Source: Heptranchias perlo (lineage: Eukaryota). From it: a stretch of DNA of 64,000 nucleotides. Below the pieces are notes generated by a model. The model had not been told where the DNA came from. It did no database searches and was given only the letters and a program-made list of their open reading frames with translations. The stretch is from the NCBI RefSeq assembly GCF_035084215.1, contig NW_027139442.1:4154001-4218000 (forward strand). Reading direction: 5' to 3'. Below are positions 11,915-25,900 of the stretch, one piece after another (the first letter of the stretch is position 1; each line of letters starts with the position of its first letter). A program made the translations under genes and the position numbers.

Positions 11915-11955
11915 GGCTCTTTTAAGAGCCACCCACAACCTCTCTGAAAGAGCTG
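11915..11955 (+). terminator. Histone 3' stem-loop + HDE (U7 site)
   Basis: GGCTCTTTTAAGAGCC ACCCA, then AAAGAGCTG. Confidence 0.95.
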
Positions 11956-12573
11956 CATTTCCTATATAATTGCTTAGTATCTTTTAATACCGCGATATTA
12001 TTCCAATCCAAAACTGATACTGTAACTGCACCGTTGAAATTTCTGACCCATAAACTGAACGCGAGTTTCTGATCCGCTCCTTCCCATTCGTTTTGTTCTT
12101 AAAGCGTTACTATTCCAGCCACGAACACACCCTGAATGACCCCGGGAGCAATTCCATTATCTCTATGAATTCAATCTCAGAAATGTTTAATGTCTGAGGT
12201 GAAAATCCCCATATTAAAAGCAAACGCACCCCTTGCAGAAACACAGCGGAATAGGGGCAGAATGAGAATTCCGTCCGGGTCCCTCGTTTCATAGAAGCAC
12301 TCCCGGCTCTGTGAGAAGGGAACAAACTATAACGTGTCACTTTCAGAAAGACTGAATTGAAACGTGTCACTTCACGGAATGCTGTGAATGGGGCTTTAGT
12401 CCCGTCCGGTACAGTTTGTAAGCGATAATAGAATGAGCCATAAATTAAAGCAGATTTTAAAACAGCGCCAGCGATTGGTGACGGGTAGCGCTGAATAAGA
12501 CAAGATAAATTGAACGGGTTTAAAATCTTGTCCTCAGGGCGACATTGATCTAAATCCGGTCCTTTACGACACT

Positions 12574-12588
12574 GGCGGGTTTTTTGAA
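12574..12588 (+). promoter_or_regulatory. CDE/CHR-like element upstream of H2A
   Basis: GGCGG-GTTT-TTTGAA with the canonical 4-nt spacer. Confidence 0.5.
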
Positions 12589-12735
12589 ATTCATAAAATT
12601 CCTGATCTGTCCGTTGAGGCCGTTAAATCCCGCCCTCATCTAATTTCCAGCTATCTGATTGGTTATTGAAATAGGCAAATGAGGTGTAATAATGCCCAAC
12701 CAATCAGATGATCTTTCAGTCAATAAAAAGGGTGA

Positions 12736-13176
<441 letters not shown>

Positions 13177-13206
13177 ACCGGTCAAGATTTAATCTGGTAA
13201 CCCAAA

Positions 13207-13247
13207 GGCTCTTTTCAGAGCCACCCACTGTATCTATGAAAGGGCTG
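13207..13247 (+). terminator. Histone 3' stem-loop + HDE
   Basis: GGCTCTTTTCAGAGCC ACCCA, then AAAGGGCTG. Confidence 0.95.
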
Positions 13248-13279
13248 AAGCGAGTCAGAGCTTAATTTAATAATAAATC

Positions 13280-13547
13280 ATGATGTGGAGATGCCGGTGA
13301 TGGACTGGGGTTGACAATTGTAAACAATTTTACAACACCAAGTTATAGTCCAGCAATTTTATTTTAAATTCACAAGCTTTCGGAGATTTCCTCCTTCCTC
13401 AGGCAAATGTTTCAAGATTTCCTCCTTCCTCAGGCAAATGTTTCCTCTTGAAACATTTGCCTGAGGAAGGAGGAAATCTCCGAAAGCTTGTGAATTTAAA
13501 ATAAAATTGCTGGACTATAACTTGGTGTTGTAAAATTGTTTACAATT
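13280..13547. mobile_element. Palindromic Penelope-like terminal-repeat insertion with TSD
   Basis: 102-bp perfect inverted repeat (13316-13417 / 13446-13547); ttaataataaatc duplicated at 13267-13279 and 13546-13558; second copy at 40270. Confidence 0.75.
13455..13495 (+). ncRNA. Minimal type-I hammerhead ribozyme-like motif (mirrored on the - strand at ~13368-13408)
   Basis: atttgc CTGAGGA a GGAG-gaaat-CTCC GAAA gc TT gtgaat. Confidence 0.55.
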
Positions 13548-13603
13548 AATAATAAATCGCTTAGTTAGAAACTAACGATATGTTGTTGAATACAAATGAT
13601 CTG

Positions 13604-13636
13604 TTCAATACTCGCTTCTGGACAGTAGATGTCGCC
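13604..13636 (+). promoter_or_regulatory. CTCF-like site (degenerate)
   Basis: TTCAATACTC-gcttctg-GACAGTAGATGTCGCC; paralog at 43112-43144. Confidence 0.45.
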
Positions 13637-14389
13637 AACCTCCAATCGGTTGAAATTTACAGATTGTATAGGAAATGAGGCACAAAATAATCAGTTCATT
13701 GAACTGGGAGGGTGGAATACAGAAATTACAAGTGAGTTTGATCATCGGCAACAAGAGGCACTCTATTGTGTTGCGGCCATTATAGTAAGTGTTATTTACA
13801 GTCTCATCCTCCCAGAACACTTACTCGGTCTGACTTCCAATACCCAGATTTGTCCTCCAGAAGGTGACGGATGTGTTGATTATTGTGTCAGCGATTGCTG
13901 AATCAGTGAATGAAATTTGTCTATTATTGGCTGAGTGAGGGATTTATTCTGTCCCTGTCAGTCTGTTCCTGTGTCAGTGACGAGTACCGCAGTGAATGTG
14001 ACACTAAGTTTTACACTGCTTCTGATTCTAGCGCTGAGCGAAAACACTTAAGTTCTATTCGTGCGAGTTACAGTGAAACAGCCTCTGTCACAATAACTGG
14101 AGAGGAAAAATAGACAAACTTTATTTGATCCAAGTCTGGTTCATTAGAGATGAAAATATTTCCAACAGTGCCAAGCTGATACTATATCGGAAATGAAAAC
14201 TTGCATCTCTTGTACTTTGCACGCGTGCCCGAGCCTCTCCCTGTATCGATGTCCGAGTTAGATTGACACTGGGGGTGTAGATGCCTCACGTGAAAGTGTA
14301 GGACCGGAATCAGACCATTCTGTACCTGTTTGCCAGTAGATTCCCTGTCCAAATGTGCCACTGGATGTGTTGATGGGTTAACAGTTATT

Positions 14390-16360
14390 AAACTGATCAC
14401 TTACGTATTTTCTACCTCACCTGTTCTTGAGTTACATGCGATACGTTTCTTTCTACAGGCAAACCCTTGAACGAGCCAGAGTGAATGTGACGTTTCCTCC
14501 ACCCGAGGCAAAGGAACAGTGCAGCCAGCGCCTTCTCACACACAGTATGTATATTATCACTCTCAGAGCACAGAGACACAGACAGCTCATCAGTTCCACA
14601 GTCTCAGACAGCAGAAGTAGTCAGTCCCACACTGATCTCAAGTTCCAGAGACACATTTTCAATCCAACAGCCAAACAGAGCAGGTGAGGCAGACACTGTT
14701 CCATTTCTCCCGAACTCAGTCCCGCTGACAGGTAGATACAAAAATTCCAGTCCAAAGTCTCGTTTTCAGATTGTCAATTTCACAAAATGGCAATATTAGC
14801 CGTGAATTAAATACCAGATACCCCGAGATTCAAATTGAATACGAGCCCAGAACTCTCACACACACGTGAGTTCAATACATGCCTTATTCATTCGAATAGT
14901 GCATCATTCGGATACAAATTGCAAGTCCAAAACTCATGTACAATATCAGATTGAGAAATGCTGTGACAGTATAACCTGAGAAACACATTAGATACCAGTT
15001 TATAATATACTCATGTTAAGAGATTTAATGATACAGTATCACAGACACACAAGTCCAAAAATCTTACAAAACAAAAATTAAAGATGCAGTATCAATTCAT
15101 TTCATGCAGACTGATCTGCACATTATATACCAATTCAAAAATGTCAGTTTGAAAGATACATTATCATTCACAATATTACTCAGAGATACAGATTTAATAG
15201 TTGTCCAAAAAGCACACAAATTATCTGATTAAAACCTCCAGCATCAAATCCTAAAGTGTATCCATATTGATAAAAACTATTTAAACATTGAGATATTAAA
15301 GCTACAATATTGAACACCATAATGTAATCTGAGAGAATAAATATAGACACAGAATGAATCTCACACTCAGATACAGTACAGAGACTGACATGCAGAAGGA
15401 ATCCGAAACTCACATACAGTACTGGAGACTGACAGATACAGAGTGAATCCCACACTCACACACAGTACCAGAGACTGACAGATACAGAATAAATCCCTCA
15501 CTCACACACAGTACCAGAGACTGACAGATACAGAATGTATCCCACATTCACACACAGTACCAGAGACGAACAAATACAGAATGCACCCCACACTCACACA
15601 CAGGACAAGAGACTGACAGATTTAGATTGAATCCTACATTCAAATACAGTACCAGAGACGGACAGATACAGAATGAATCCCACACTCACACACAGTACGG
15701 GAGAGGGACAGATCCAGAATGAATCCCACACTCACACACAGGCCACGAGACGGACAGATCCAGAATGAATCCAACATTCACACACAGGCCAAGAGACTGA
15801 CAGATACAGAATAAATCCCTCTCTCACACACAGTACCAGAAACTGACGAATACAGAATGTACCCCACACTCACACACAGGACAAGAGACAGAGAGATTTA
15901 GAATTAATTCCACATTCAAATACAGTACCAGAGACTGACAGATACAGAATGAAACCCACACTCACACATAGTACCAGAGACTGACAGATACAGGATGATT
16001 CCCACACTCACACACAGTACCAGAGAATGACAGATACAGAATGAATCCCACACTCGCACACAGTACCAGAGACTGACAGATCTCGAATGAATCCCACACT
16101 CACACACAGTACCCGAGACTGACAGATACAGAATGAATCCCACACTCACACACAGTACCAGAGACTGATAGATACAGAATGAGTCCCACACTCACACACA
16201 GTACTAGAGTCTGATAGATACAGAATGAATCCCACACTCACACACAGTACCATAGACTGACAGATACAGAATGAATCCGATACTCACACACAGTACCAGA
16301 GACTGACAGATTCAGAATGAATCCGACTCACATACGGGACCAGAGACTGACAGATACAGA
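14390..16360 (+). repeat. Partial module copy followed by a homogeneous 46-bp satellite (15330-16360)
   Basis: Homologous to 6390-7450; 46-nt period visible at 16141/16187. Confidence 0.85.
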
Positions 16361-17614
16361 ATTGCTGCTTTACTCGGTCATCATCCTTTGAATCTGGTAG
16401 ATAAATTGAAAGAAAGTCAGTGAAACTACTCCATTTTAATGTTTGTCTCTGTAGAATTTACTGCCCAATAAAGTCAACACGGGTCCGGGGTCCGTTCAAT
16501 TCCCTTTTGCTTTGCTCTCGCTCTCATTCAGATATACACTGCCCCCGGTTTTCCCGTGAACCACCACTTTCAGGGCTATGAATCAGAATTTAGTTCCTTC
16601 CTCTTTCTCACTGTGGAGCCAATCTCTGAAATAATTAATTACTGATCTTAATATCCCGCATATTAGCAGCACGTTCCCCGCAGTGTAACAATCCAGAATG
16701 AACGATTGGAGAAAAGAATTGGCTCATTTTCAGGCTTCGTCCATGATTCCGTTTTCAGGACACACGGTTCCTGTTCAGTCCCTGCAACGGAATCAATTGA
16801 TAACCTGGAGTTTGTTATTTTTACAGGTAGAAGTGAAATTTGTCCATATCAGCAATCTATGATTGGGATTATATTCCGCAAGTTATAGACAATGTGTTTT
16901 TGAAACAGCGCTCGGAATTTGGGACGTGTAATACGGAATAACATTATTACAAAGAGATTTTAAGTCTTTGTGTAAAAACGACATGTCCGAGTAATTCACT
17001 GATTTCATACACTGAAATTGGCGGCCTTTTTCAAATTTTAAAAAATCGGTCAATTATGGCCAACAATTTGCTCCGTTTTCTTGTTGTCGTCTCTCCGATT
17101 GGTTAAGGAAATTAGTTTTCAAGCAAAGCAACCAATGAGAAGTAGCCTCTATTTCCAGCGGGGTTTGCCAGTTGGGCCTGTGGTAATTCCAGGTCCCCAA
17201 TGACTGAGCTCAAACGGTTCAATTTCACAAACCCTCTCAGTATCAGTGTCAGAAACAACCGTCAGAGGGAAAATCCATATCACAAGCTGGGCCCTTATCA
17301 CAGCGGCTCAGCTCAACCTGTTCTCCCATGGAAACCCCCGGTCCCACATCACAACATCTGACTGATAAATAGAACCAAAACAGACCGAATGGAGTGAAGG
17401 AACATTTCAGCGAGGTGGGGGAATTCAGCTCCGGGTAAACTCACTTGTAACGTTTCCTGGACAATTCAGTGCACTCAATGAGGGAAAGTTCCCTCTCAGT
17501 AACCGGTGCAGCTCGCCGCCGATCCCACCTCACCGTACTGTGTGTCACAGAAAACTCTTTAATTGTAAAACTATTCCCGAGCCCCACATAACCCCGCACC
17601 AGTTCCCAGGTCAG

Positions 17615-17654
17615 TGCTCTCTCTGTGAGGCGGTGGGTGGCTCTTAGAAGAGCC
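17615..17654 (-). terminator. Histone 3' stem-loop + purine-rich HDE of H4
   Basis: RC GGCTCTTCTAAGAGCC ACCCA (17639-17654), then AGAGAGAGCA. Confidence 0.93.
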
Positions 17655-17689
17655 TTTGTTTTGTGTCCGGTTAGAAAGGGTCGAGTTGT

Positions 17690-18010
<321 letters not shown>

Positions 18011-18529
18011 TCACTCAGATCGCTGCTGAATGAAAGACTCTCGCCTTTCTTCTGCATTTATAAAGCCCGCCCCGACCTGGTTGAGAAAGGCACATTATCG
18101 GAGAGGCCGGGGAGGAGTGTTTGAATGAAAGACAGAGCATGAAGTGCGGGAGAGGAGGAGACTGGCTCAGAATGACGGACAAGCGGACGTGCAACTTCAA
18201 GCTCCGCCTCCAGGAATTAGTTACCGTCCTTTATAAAATTTTCACCAGCATCAAATAGGAAATACAAATTCAGAGACAATCCTGACAGACTCCGGCTTGA
18301 TATTCAAGGGTTTCCAGAAAAAAAGGCGGAATATATAATTTAAATTCAATAAATGAGGCACACTACAGTTCCAACACAATCACTTTCATAATAAAATCAA
18401 TCAATGCCGCTACGGAACCATTGGAAGAGGGATAGTTTTAGTTTCAGATTTGTAGCTGACAGGAGGCGCCCAATAGTTTAATAAACATCAATCGGTGTGG
18501 AAGGCAATCTGTACCTTTCCGTGCTTGGG

Positions 18530-19225
18530 TCAGTATGGACTGGATAGAATCAGGCACTGGGATGAATGGAGAATGATCCTGTGTGGGGACTGGGTAGATT
18601 CAGGTCCTGGGATGGACAGAGACAGTTACTGTGTGGGTACAATGCGTTTATTGGAGCTGAAGTCATTGGGAACTGGACAGAATCAGGGAACGGAATGGAC
18701 AGACCCAGGTCCTGTATGGGGACTGCATGGATTCAGGGACCAGGATGGACAGACCCAGGTCTTGTGTGGGGACTGGATAGATTCAGATATTGGATGGACA
18801 GACCCAGGTCCTGTGTGGGGACTGGATAGATTCAGGGACCAGGATGGACAGACCCAGGTCCTGTGTGGGGACTGGATAGATTCAGGTATTGGATGGACAG
18901 ACCCAGGTCCTGTGTGTGGACTGCATATATTCAGGGACCGGGATGGACAGAGACAGTTCCTGTGTGGGTAAAATGAGTTTAATTAGAGCTGAGGTCATTG
19001 GGGACTGGATAGATTCAGGGACCGGAATGGATGGAGATTGGTCATGTGTGGCTATTATGAATTGAATTAGAGCTGGAGTCAGTGTGAAATTGGATAGATT
19101 CAGGGACCGGGATGGACATACCCAGGTCCTGTGTGGGGACTGGATAGATTCAGTGGTCCGGATGGACAGACCCAGGTCCTGTTTGGGGACTGGATCGATT
19201 CAGGGACCGGGATGGACAGAGACTT
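18530..19225 (+). repeat. ~49-50-bp minisatellite
   Basis: Unit cagggaccaggatggacagacccaggtcctgtgtggggactggatagatt. Confidence 0.9.
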
Positions 19226-19585
19226 GACCCTGGCCACTGTGTGAGCCGGAATATGACCGTTCGCAACCTTTGTGTCCTATCTGACCCTGAGATGAGCATC
19301 CGACCACATATCCGCTCCATCACCAAGACCTAATTCCACCTTTGAAACATCGCGCGTCTCCGCCCCTGCCTCAGCTGATCTGGTGCTGAAACACTCATCC
19401 ATTCCCTTGTTACCTCCAGACTTTGCTATTCCAATGCTCTCCTGGTCAGCCTCCGATCTTCCACGCTCTGTAAACATGAACTCCTACAAATCTCCGTTGC
19501 CCTATTCTAACTCCCTCCAACTCCCGTTCACCTGTCACCCTTGTGTTCGGTGACTTACATTGGCTCCCATTCCTTCAACCGCTAT
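19226..19585 (+). mobile_element. L2-clade LINE ORF2 C-terminal fragment, decayed
   Basis: Translates to RNL.VL.D, NIARLRPCL, AETLIHSLVTSRLCYSNALL, DLHWLP. Confidence 0.75.
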
Positions 19586-19654
19586 AGTGATGTAATATAT
19601 CAACGTAGACCGGGGATAACTGTGATCAATAGGTCAGTCTCTTCAGACAGTAAC

Positions 19655-19695
19655 CAGCCCTTTCACAGATACAGTGGGTGGCTCTGAAAAGAGCC
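19655..19695 (-). terminator. Histone 3' stem-loop + HDE
   Basis: RC GGCTCTTTTCAGAGCC (19680-19695), then AAAGGGCTG. Confidence 0.95.
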
Positions 19696-19726
19696 TTTGG
19701 GTTGATCAGATTAAATCTTGGCCGAT

Positions 19727-20176
<450 letters not shown>

Positions 20177-21090
20177 TTATACCTTCTGGAGGTATAAAGT
20201 GGGGGCACTTGTAATTGGTCAATCTGTTTTCACTCTCATTGGTTTAGCGAACAGCCCAATCAGAGAGCTGTTTTATTCGCCAATCAATAGCCGGCAATGA
20301 GAAAAGGGCGGAAAATACCGAACTGAACCGTTTTTTTGAAATTTGAAAAGCCCGCCAAAATATTTGTAACACAAGAAGCGGATTTAGTAAATAATGTCGC
20401 CTTAAGACAAAGTTTAAAAAATCTCTCTCCTTTTACTCTGTTATTGCACATTTCCCGTCACAACTTCCAGAATCTTTTACAATCCGTTTAAAATCCGGCT
20501 CCCTTCACCGTTCGCTTTCAATCTGGCGGGAGTAAAGTAACATTTTGTAACGGGACAGATTCCAGCTCAATCTTTGTAAAAGTAACAAACCACAGATTGT
20601 GGATTGATCCCTGTTCACAGGAGCTGCAGCGCGATCGAAACCGGAGCCGAGACTCCTGGTGTAAGAAGTCGAACAGTGACAGAGCCTTTCGACTTTTCTG
20701 TACTCGGTGTGACGTCCCTTTCAGGGTTGCTGCATTTCAAAGGATTGCGGTTCTCAAAGTGATATTCCCGAATAATGAACAAACAAACGTGAAAAGGAGA
20801 AAGAAATGAAGTCTAATCCATCGCCTTAAGACGGCTATGAAGGGGCAGACGCGGGGGAAGGGGCGGAATATGAACGGGAATGAGAGGATCAGGGACACGT
20901 TTTTGGTTATTGGAACTAAACAGAAAGCGACACATAGATTATACCTGGCAGTGATTATGAGAATCTTCCAGATTTCAAGAGAAATTAGAAAAGCACAAGA
21001 GTTATAGAGAGACAGTTACTATCAAACTATCTACAGTAAAATGATTCCATACAGAGGGGTCGGCACAGCGTCTTCAGAGAGACTGTGGGT

Positions 21091-21106
21091 GGCTCTTAAA
21101 AGAGCC
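21091..21106 (-). terminator. Histone 3' stem-loop
   Basis: RC GGCTCTTTTAAGAGCC ACCCA. Confidence 0.93.
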
Positions 21107-21141
21107 TTTGTGTTTATTTTTTTTCAGTTGATTGTGGAGTT

Positions 21142-21539
<398 letters not shown>

Positions 21540-21791
21540 CTCAAAACTCAATTTCAGACCCAGAAATCCAATCCGAGCTCGGATTAAATAGGCAGCAGCA
21601 CAGCCCTATGCTAATAAGGGATGGTGGAAGGCAATGATTGTGATTGGGTCATTGGGAGTGATAAACGTCACCTTTTCCTTTCACTCTCTGATAGGTTTTT
21701 TCAGATATCCAATCAGATTCAGTATCTGCCACCAATCACAAACACGCTCACACTGCACATTGTCCGGTTTCAGCAATTTGTTCCGAACTGT

Positions 21792-21822
21792 TGCAGTTCT
21801 GCTTCCGGCCAGTAGATGTCCC
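21792..21822 (+). promoter_or_regulatory. CTCF-like site upstream of H2B
   Basis: TGCAGTTCTG-cttccgg-CCAGTAGATGTCCC. Confidence 0.6.
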
Positions 21823-22004
21823 CAAACCCCTGACATTGAAGTTTGCAGATGAGAGAGGGACAGAAGATAAACTCATTCTTCACATTATATTACACGAGTG
21901 GGATTCAGAGAAACTGGGAATGGAGAACATTTTGTTGGAGCAAACATTTGTTGTAATGTCGTGTGAAATGCTTGTAATTATTTAGTGGGTATAGCCTATA
22001 CTGA

Positions 22005-23000
22005 GGAAGAATCTAACAAAATTCAAGAAGACTTTAATAAACTTGCTGAAAGGCGGTGAAAATGGCCATTGAATTTCCATATAGAAAGTTGTGACGTGGT
22101 GCATTTTGCTCGGGGGAATAAGGAGGCCACACACTGCTTGGAAAATAAGAGTCTAAATGGGGTCGAAGAGCAAAGGGATTTAGGGGTACAGATTGACAAA
22201 TCATTAAAGTAGCAACTCAGGTTGATAATGTCATAGAAAACAAACACAGAGGTTTATTTCTAATGGAACAGAATTGAAAAGGAGATAAGTTCTGTTGAAC
22301 TGTAAATTAAACTGTCAAACCTTCTGTCAAACTATTAAACCTTCCCTTTCTGAAATCCGTGCTGACTATTCTTTATTATATATTCGGTTTCCAGATGTTT
22401 ATCTACTGCATCATTGAGTAAAGGATTCCATGATAATCCCCACCACCGACCTTTCGTTAACTGGTCTATAGTTCCCTGCACTTGTTCTATCTCCTGTTTT
22501 AAAATATAACAATCCCATTAGCTGTCATCCAGTCCTTTGGCACTATTCCACTTTGTGATGATTTTGTCTATATATGTAACAGTGCCTCTGCTATCTCTTC
22601 CCTTGCTTCATTTAATATGCACGGATACAATCCATCAGGACCAGTTTAACCACCCTTTCTAACTTAAATGTCTTGATATCTTTATTGACCTCTTCCTTTA
22701 ATATCATGTTCACCCTGTTAATCTCCCGGGTAAATACTGAGCAAAGTAATAATTCAATATTTCTGCCATTTCGCTGACGTTACCTGTGAGTTTATCTTGT
22801 GCATCCCTCAGTGGCACTCAAACTATTCTGATTTTCATTTTGTTATTTTTGTGTCTGTCGAATAATTTATTATTTCTTTTCATATACCTTGATAATTTGA
22901 TTTCGTGGTTCCTGTTTTCTTCCCTAATTGTTTTTGTGACTTCTTCCGAACCTCTTCCTATTTGCTTTTGTCATCCTCTTATTTAATATCTATGAATGAG
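22005..23000. mobile_element. Decayed CR1 fragments (+ strand to ~22300, then - strand)
   Basis: QEDFNKLAE..ESCDVVHF..EQRDLGVQI on the + strand; aaactattaaaccttccc..accaccga..taactggtctatagttccc typical of minus-strand CR1 ORF2. Confidence 0.65.
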
Positions 23001-23140
23001 AAATTCCACCAGCTTGTTGTGTCTGATCAGGGGCTGATGTTTGGGAACGATTTATTGTCTGTGATTAAAGTACCAAAAACCCAAAGGGCGCAATTCAGTG
23101 TGAAACTCCACAGAAACACTCGACTTCTCTCTCCTCGTGA

Positions 23141-23213
23141 AATAAGGCGCTATAATGGTGAGTATAGCTGCCTTCCAAACAGTTAATTCCAACAGGTTTG
23201 AATCCCAGCACGC
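23141..23213 (+). pseudogene. tRNA-Gly(TCC) pseudogene
   Basis: ctataatggtgagtatagctgccttccaaacagtt..ggtttgaatccc; acceptor stem broken; 3' flank homologous to the flank of the 56669 tRNA. Confidence 0.7.
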
Positions 23214-23938
23214 TGAATTCAGAAACACCAAGACTGGAATCAAATTTGATGATGTTCAGAGGGATCGTGTTTCCAAAACACAAACGGGTCTAATTTATAT
23301 TTTAAAAATATTTTAAATATTCATTTATTTCCCCCATAACGTTGAATTTAACTTTGTTCCTTTGTATTATTATTTCTCCTGATCTGTACAGTGGATACAG
23401 GACACAATTGCCCGGATTCAGTGAAATTAATTGATTTCCTGAAGTTTTTCCCTCTGCAGATTCCAGTTCCTTATTTAAATTATGTCGGATTAACCTTTCT
23501 GATCTATAGAAGGGTCATTGACGTGAACCGTAAACCCGAGCTTCCCTTCTCCACAGATGCTGCCGGACCTGCTGGGTCTTTCCAGCATTTTCGGTTTTAA
23601 TTTTTTCTATGTTTTATCCCTTTCACTTTTGACGGTCATTGGAACTACCAGATTTGCGCTCAGTTTTTATTTGTGTTTCAGTTCGGTTTATTTGAATTAA
23701 TATAAATCGTGTCCTGAGAAATCAGACAGAAATATTGAGCAATGTAGAGTGAAATATAATGGGGCAACTTTCGAATAAGCAAAACAAGAACTTTATTATG
23801 AATCAATTGTCTTCATTTTCACTGACAAAATATGAAAAAATACGAGAGCAGAAGTTACAGAGAGAAACTATTTCCTCCCATTGCACATTGTCCTGAATCT
23901 GGATCAACGACAGATGATGTGAATTTGTTCCACTCTGT

Positions 23939-23970
23939 TACAGTTCTCCCTTACAGCCAGTAGATGTCAG
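23939..23970 (+). promoter_or_regulatory. CTCF-like site at satellite edge
   Basis: TACAGTTCTC-ccttacag-CCAGTAGATGTCAG. Confidence 0.55.
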
Positions 23971-25900
23971 ACTGTATGTGAGTTTGGGATTCATTCTCTG
24001 TCAGTTTCTGGGACTGTATGTGAGTGTGAGATTCATTCTGTGTCTGTCAGTCTCTGGTACTGTGTGTGTGTATGTGTGTGTGTGGGATTTATTCTTTATC
24101 TGTCAGTCTCTGGTGCTTTATGTGAATGTAGGATTCATTCTGTTCTTGTCAGTCTCTGGTACTGCGTGTGAGTGTGGGATTCATTGTGTAACTCCGTCTC
24201 TGGGACAAAGTGCAAGTCTGGATTCGTTCTGTATTCTTATTTCATGTTACAGTATATTGCTTGAAACTGTATGTTTAATTCATTAATGTATGCACAATCT
24301 TTTGTCTAGCATTAATTTGTAATTATGGATACACTTTTGGATTTTGTTTTAATCAAACAACGTGTGTGAGTTTTGGTGTAGGATTACACTTTAATCTCTG
24401 AAGACTATTGTAAATGATAATTTACCTTTCATCTTTTACTGTGAAATTATTGGACTGGTATTTCTTGTGCAGCTCAGTCTGCGCTAATGGAATTGATACT
24501 GTATCTTTCAGTCTGATTCTGTGTAATATATTTAGATTAGTCTGTAAGGTGTAGCTCAGTCAGCTATAATGGAATTGATACAGTAACAGACTTAAAGATG
24601 AAGTATGAGGTTTTTGAACTGGTATGGAATGTGTAGCTCAGTCTGTACAAATCAAATTGATACTGGGGCTCAATCAGCTATAATAAGAATGATACTGTAT
24701 CTTTCAGTCCGATACCGTGTGAGGTTTTTGGACCGGTATGTAATGTGTCGCTTAGTCTGCACTAATGGAATTGATGCTGTACCTTTTACGTGCTACTGTG
24801 TAATATATTTAGACTGGTGTGTAAGGTGTAGCTCAGTCTGCACAAATGGGATTGATACTGTATCTTTCAGCATGGCCAAGAATGTGATTTTTGGACTGGT
24901 AGGTAATGTGTAGCTCAGTCTGACACTGTATGAGATTTATGGGTTGTTTGTAATTTGTAGCTCATTCAGCATTGATGGAATTGATACGTTTTCTGTCAAT
25001 CTGACACTGTGATTTTTTTTGTTCTAGTATGCAATGTGTGGTTCAGTCAACACTAATGAAATTGATGCTGTACATTTCAGCATGAGCTTGAAGTGATTTT
25101 TGGACTGATATGTAATGTGTAGTTCAGTCTGTACGAATGGAATTGACACTCTAGCTTTCAGTCAGACACTGAGAGAGATTTTTGGACTGGTTTGTAATGT
25201 GTGGCTTAGTCCACACTAATAGGATTCATACTGTATATTTCAGTACGACACTGCATGCGAATTTTGGACTATATATAATGTGTAGCTCAGTCTGCAATAA
25301 TGGAATTGATACTGTATCTTTCAGTCTGATGCTGCGGAATATATTTAGACTGGTGTGTAATGTGTAACTCATTCTGCACTAATGGGATTGATACTGCATC
25401 ATTCGGCATGACCCTGAATCTGTTTTTTGAACTGGTATATAATGTGTAGCTCAGTCTGCTGTAATGGAATTCATACTGTGCCTTTCAGTTTGACCCTGAA
25501 TGTGATTTTTGGACGGGTATATAATGTGTAGCTCAATCTGCACTAATGGGATGATGCTGCATCTTTCAGTCCCATACTGTGAGAGATTTTTGTACTGGTA
25601 TGTAATGTGTACGTCAGTCTGTACTAATCAAATCAATACTATATCTTTCAGTTTTATACTGTATGAGAATTTTGGACTGGTATCTAACGTGTACCTCAAT
25701 CTGCAGTAAAGGAATTAAAACTACATTTCATTCTGACACCATGAGGTTTTTGAACATATATGTGAGTCAAATATGGGTAACATCTGAATTGGTATCTAAT
25801 TTGTATCTCAGGGTGCACTATTGGCATGAATACTGCACCTTTAAACTCAAAATGTGTGTGAATTGAGGGCTGGTATTTAATTTTAATCTTGGAGTACACT
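23970..25900 (-). repeat. 46-bp then ~82-bp satellite array
   Basis: Unit tttttggactggtatgtaatgtgtagctcagtctgcactaatggaattgatactgtatctttcagtctgacactgtatgaga; period 82 at 25181/25263. Confidence 0.9.

Noticed and set aside
18495-18971. 158-aa Trp/Asp/Gly-rich ORF
   Set aside because: Translation of the 49-50-bp minisatellite
23495-23605. gaagggtcattgac..gaa..ccacagatgctgccggacctgctg (also ~46815-46910) as another hammerhead-bearing repeat
   Set aside because: It resembles a repeat terminus, but the CUGANGA and GAAA boxes are disrupted in both copies
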